Source: Octopus bimaculoides
Lineage: Eukaryota
Length of the DNA: 33,379 bases
Assembly: GCF_001194135.2 (NCBI RefSeq)
Contig: NC_068994.1
Coordinates: 26,903,020 to 26,936,398 of the forward strand
Direction of reading: 5' to 3'
The notes under the pieces are model-generated. The model was given only the letters and a program-made list of their open reading frames with translations, did not search any database and was not told the origin of the DNA. Positions 30,388 to 33,379 of the stretch are shown here, one piece after another (the stretch's first letter is position 1; each line of letters opens with the position of its first letter). The position numbers and the translations under genes were made by a program.

Positions 30388-31259
30388 CAAGGTGGTATGA
30401 AAAAGTTCCCAAACTAGTGCTGTAGCATGCCACATATGGCAGCACATGGTTGTGTGCACAATAAGAGCTAGCAGTGTCCTTCATGAGGTAGTGTGCTGAG
30501 TGACATCACTATGTTTACTTTGCAAGTTGTGAAATTTGTGTTTTTGTGATCATGTGTATAATATAGTCTGTGATTTAGTAATGGACAGGAACAAACAGCC
30601 AACATGGAATCTTGTGTTAAACTTAGTAAGTCTGTTACAGAGACATTCTTTGGCAAGCTTACAGTGACAAGGCAGTGGGTCGTATGCAATATTTTAAGTG
30701 GCACCGGTGCTTCATACGTATAAGAACATCCCTAAAAGATGCTGAGTGCCACCTCCAGGAATGTGGTATTGTGCAGTGAGAATTCATTCTCCAGGACCAG
30801 GCAATCAATTGAGAGTTGTACTGTAATGTTATGAAGTGTATGAAAGAAGACATTCGACAAAAGCTACCGAATCTGTGGAGTGCAAAGAATTGGCTTCTTC
30901 ATGACAACAATGCACCCTGTCACTGAGCTCTCCTCACTTGCGAGTTTCTTGCTAAAAACAACATGGTATCACTTTTGCACTCACCCTATTTACTAGATTA
31001 AGCACCCGTGGACTTCCATTTCTTCCCCAAGATGAAAATGCAGCTCAACGGTCACTGTTTTAACACTGTTGCCAAGATCAAGAGTGAATTGCAGATGGTC
31101 CTTGACTCACTTATGGAAAATGACTTGCAGGCCAGATTCCAAAAGTAGCAGGACCACTGGGACTGATAAATTGCTGTGCAAGGTGACTATTTGAAAGGAG
31201 ATGATGTTAAAACTTTTAATTAAGCATAACTAGTCCAGGAACCTTTTCATATCACCTCA
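30388..31259 (+). mobile_element. mariner (DD34D-type) transposon, internally deleted, both TIRs present
   Basis: 30-bp TIRs 30388-30417 and 31230-31259 with TA on both sides; remnant WLLHDNNAPCH...PYLLD*APVDFHFFPKMK...GDYLKG with stops. Confidence 0.9.
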
Positions 31260-31484
31260 TATATATGTATCTCCTGCATGTCCTGTCACATTGCTCTGTG
31301 ATTATTTTGAAACCCGATGTGTTGGATACTGTGCACTTGTTCAGGCATTCAATTTGATGGAGGAAGTGAGCTAATGCATAGCAGAAGCATTTGATCTCTA
31401 TAAACAAGTCATTTGTGCAGGTTGCTCAGCTAGAAACTGCAGAACAGTCTTTCACAGACTACAAGAGACTACTATCATATTTAT

Positions 31485-31519
<35 letters not shown>

Positions 31520-31544
31520 GATTCTTTTACATTCCTCTTAGTGG

Positions 31545-31685
31545 TTTAGTGAAAGAGACTGATAGAATAAAGACCTGGCTTTAAGAAAAATAACTCCTGG
31601 GGTTGATTTGCTTGACTAAACACTTCTTGGTGCTGACAGCATAGCTGAAGTGCAACAACTGAAGCAAGTAAATGAAAAGTGAAAG
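31545..31685 (+). mobile_element. SINE 3' end fragment (diverged)
   Basis: GAAAGAGACTGATAGAATAA...CTCCTGGGGTTGATTTGCTTGACTAAA...GAAGCAAGTAAA. Confidence 0.65.
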
Positions 31686-31785
31686 CTATATATATATATA
31701 TAGTGAGAGAGAGAGAGAGAGAGAGAAGCAAATGTTAATGTGTACACACACATATGTACATATACCCATGTAGATTATGTATATA

Positions 31786-31860
<75 letters not shown>

Positions 31861-31880
31861 ATATATATATATATACACAC
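31686..31880. repeat. (TA)n/(GA)n microsatellites
   Basis: Direct inspection; generates YI-repeat ORFs. Confidence 0.95.
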
Positions 31881-33022
31881 TATATACATTTATAGTGGGT
31901 TGTGTATGCGTATACATATATACACTCAGTGTTTCAACAAGCACACTCTCAAGTGTAGACATACATACTACAAAGCTGAATGTATTTTGATTTTCAGTGT
32001 TCTTTGATATTCTTATCATGTGAGAGAATTCTGGTTTTACTGTTAAATTAACTAAGTGAGCTCTGTAGTGCCAGGCTTCCTGATTCCTTGAAAAGTCTAA
32101 ATTAGCTTCTGAGAAATATCAAATCCAATGATGTGGTTATTACCTGTTTAAAACAATCTACAGCCTATTCTCTGCATCTTTTTCTTACTCTAAAAATGGT
32201 AAGACAGTAAAGCTGTTGATCAGCTACACCATCTTTTCTATTTCAGCCTCTTACCATTTCTGCCATAATATGGAACCAATCAATATGGTCACAGATTGCC
32301 ATTAACCTTTACTGAAGCATTTTGTTGTAATGGCTGTATCTATAGGTATTGGCTGTCTCCATGGTTAACGTTTTGGGATTCAAGACCAAATTTCATGGCT
32401 TGAAAATTCCTGTGATGCTGCTGCAGTTATTTCTTTTTCTATTTTTGTTGTTGTTGTTTTCATTAACTCACACACATCAAACAGATTTATTGCACAGTCT
32501 CTAAGCAGTAAATGGTTCTTTTCTCTTACCATCAAATTACCATTGACGTGATGACTGTTTCATCTTTATACTAATGTTATATTGAACATGTATATTGCTA
32601 CAATATACACTTGTGGTGTTTACATGTGATGTTGATGTTGTTAAACCCCAGGTCAGCACTGAGTAAGCAGATTTTATGGTCAAAGGCACACCATTTGTGA
32701 CCCTTTTGTTTCTCATTTTTTTCTCAAACCATATTTTTTAAATTTTAGCAAACCAAGAGACTCCCTTCTCAGCTCATGGTCCCTTGTGTTTTTCAAAGAT
32801 GGTCGGAATATTTATGATTGAGATTACATATCACTTCAACTATCTGTGACAATAATGTTTTTATTTCTTCTCATTATTTTTTTTATGAAATAATCAAAAC
32901 AAAAAAGATCATGACTCTTTTACAAACCATTCCAGAATGTTGAGATTGATAGATATGGCTGATGTATTCAGTACAAGCATAGAGATATTGTTCAGTGTAT
33001 AATATTGTATATATTACAATAA

Positions 33023-33183
33023 GCACAGGTGTGGCTGTGTGGTAAGTAGCTTGCTTACCAACCACATGGTTCCAGGTTCAGTCCAACTGTGTGACACCTT
33101 GGGCAAGTGTCTTCTACTATAGCCTCAGGCCAACCAAAGCCTTGTGAGTGGATATGGTAGACGGAAACTGAAAGAAGCCTGTC
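33023..33183 (+). mobile_element. CORE-type tRNA SINE 5' half (well preserved)
   Basis: A box TGGCTGTGTGG, B-box-like GGTTCAGTCC, CORE-like GACACCTTGGGCAAGTGTCTT. Confidence 0.85.
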
Positions 33184-33379
33184 ATATAAAAAAAAACAAA
33201 AAACTCACAGCAGTTCTCTCCCCTTGAACGAAGTTTCTCCCTCTTTTCTATTTCTTAGCAAATTCTCTTTCTCTCCACCTCTTAGTCTGCAAACAACTGT
33301 AGATGGCAGCAACAGTGGTCAGCAGTCAAATTTCACACGTGTGTATTTCCTATGTGTTGGTGACTCCTTTCACTGTTAA

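Noticed and set aside
1-33379. CRISPR arrays, rRNA or prokaryotic operons
   Set aside because: No repeat-spacer arrays or rRNA motifs; the sequence is eukaryotic repeat-rich DNA.

Overview
AT-rich, repeat-saturated eukaryotic genomic DNA with seven N-gaps (2326-2425, 4565-4686, 7507-7823, 13736-14169, 18045-19031, 23764-24552, 26009-26335). The repeat repertoire (CORE- and Deu/Nin-type tRNA SINEs, RTE LINEs with (GAT)n tails, dense microsatellites) points to an octopus/coleoid cephalopod; this is an inference. No host protein-coding gene can be supported. Nearly all listed ORFs are microsatellite or gap artefacts, or decayed transposon fragments. Elements recognised: Penelope-like elements (PLEs) of three apparent clades (Poseidon/Penelope-, Neptune- and Naiad-like), RTE LINE pieces, a piggyBac with both ends and TTAA TSD, a mariner with TIRs and TA TSD, a DD37D (maT) remnant and many SINEs. 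The main hidden signal is non-coding: at least five unrelated type I hammerhead ribozyme (HHR) families can be folded by hand (2162-2269 +, 4284-4320 -, 7824-7880 -, 16760-16805 - with 17472-17517 +, 26920-27055 +). The best-formed one sits in a ~350-nt, highly structured, tandem-plus-inverted non-coding unit resembling a retrozyme or PLE pseudo-LTR. A second notable feature is a tRNA-like Pol III head built into a PLE terminal repeat ~200 nt upstream of its hammerhead.
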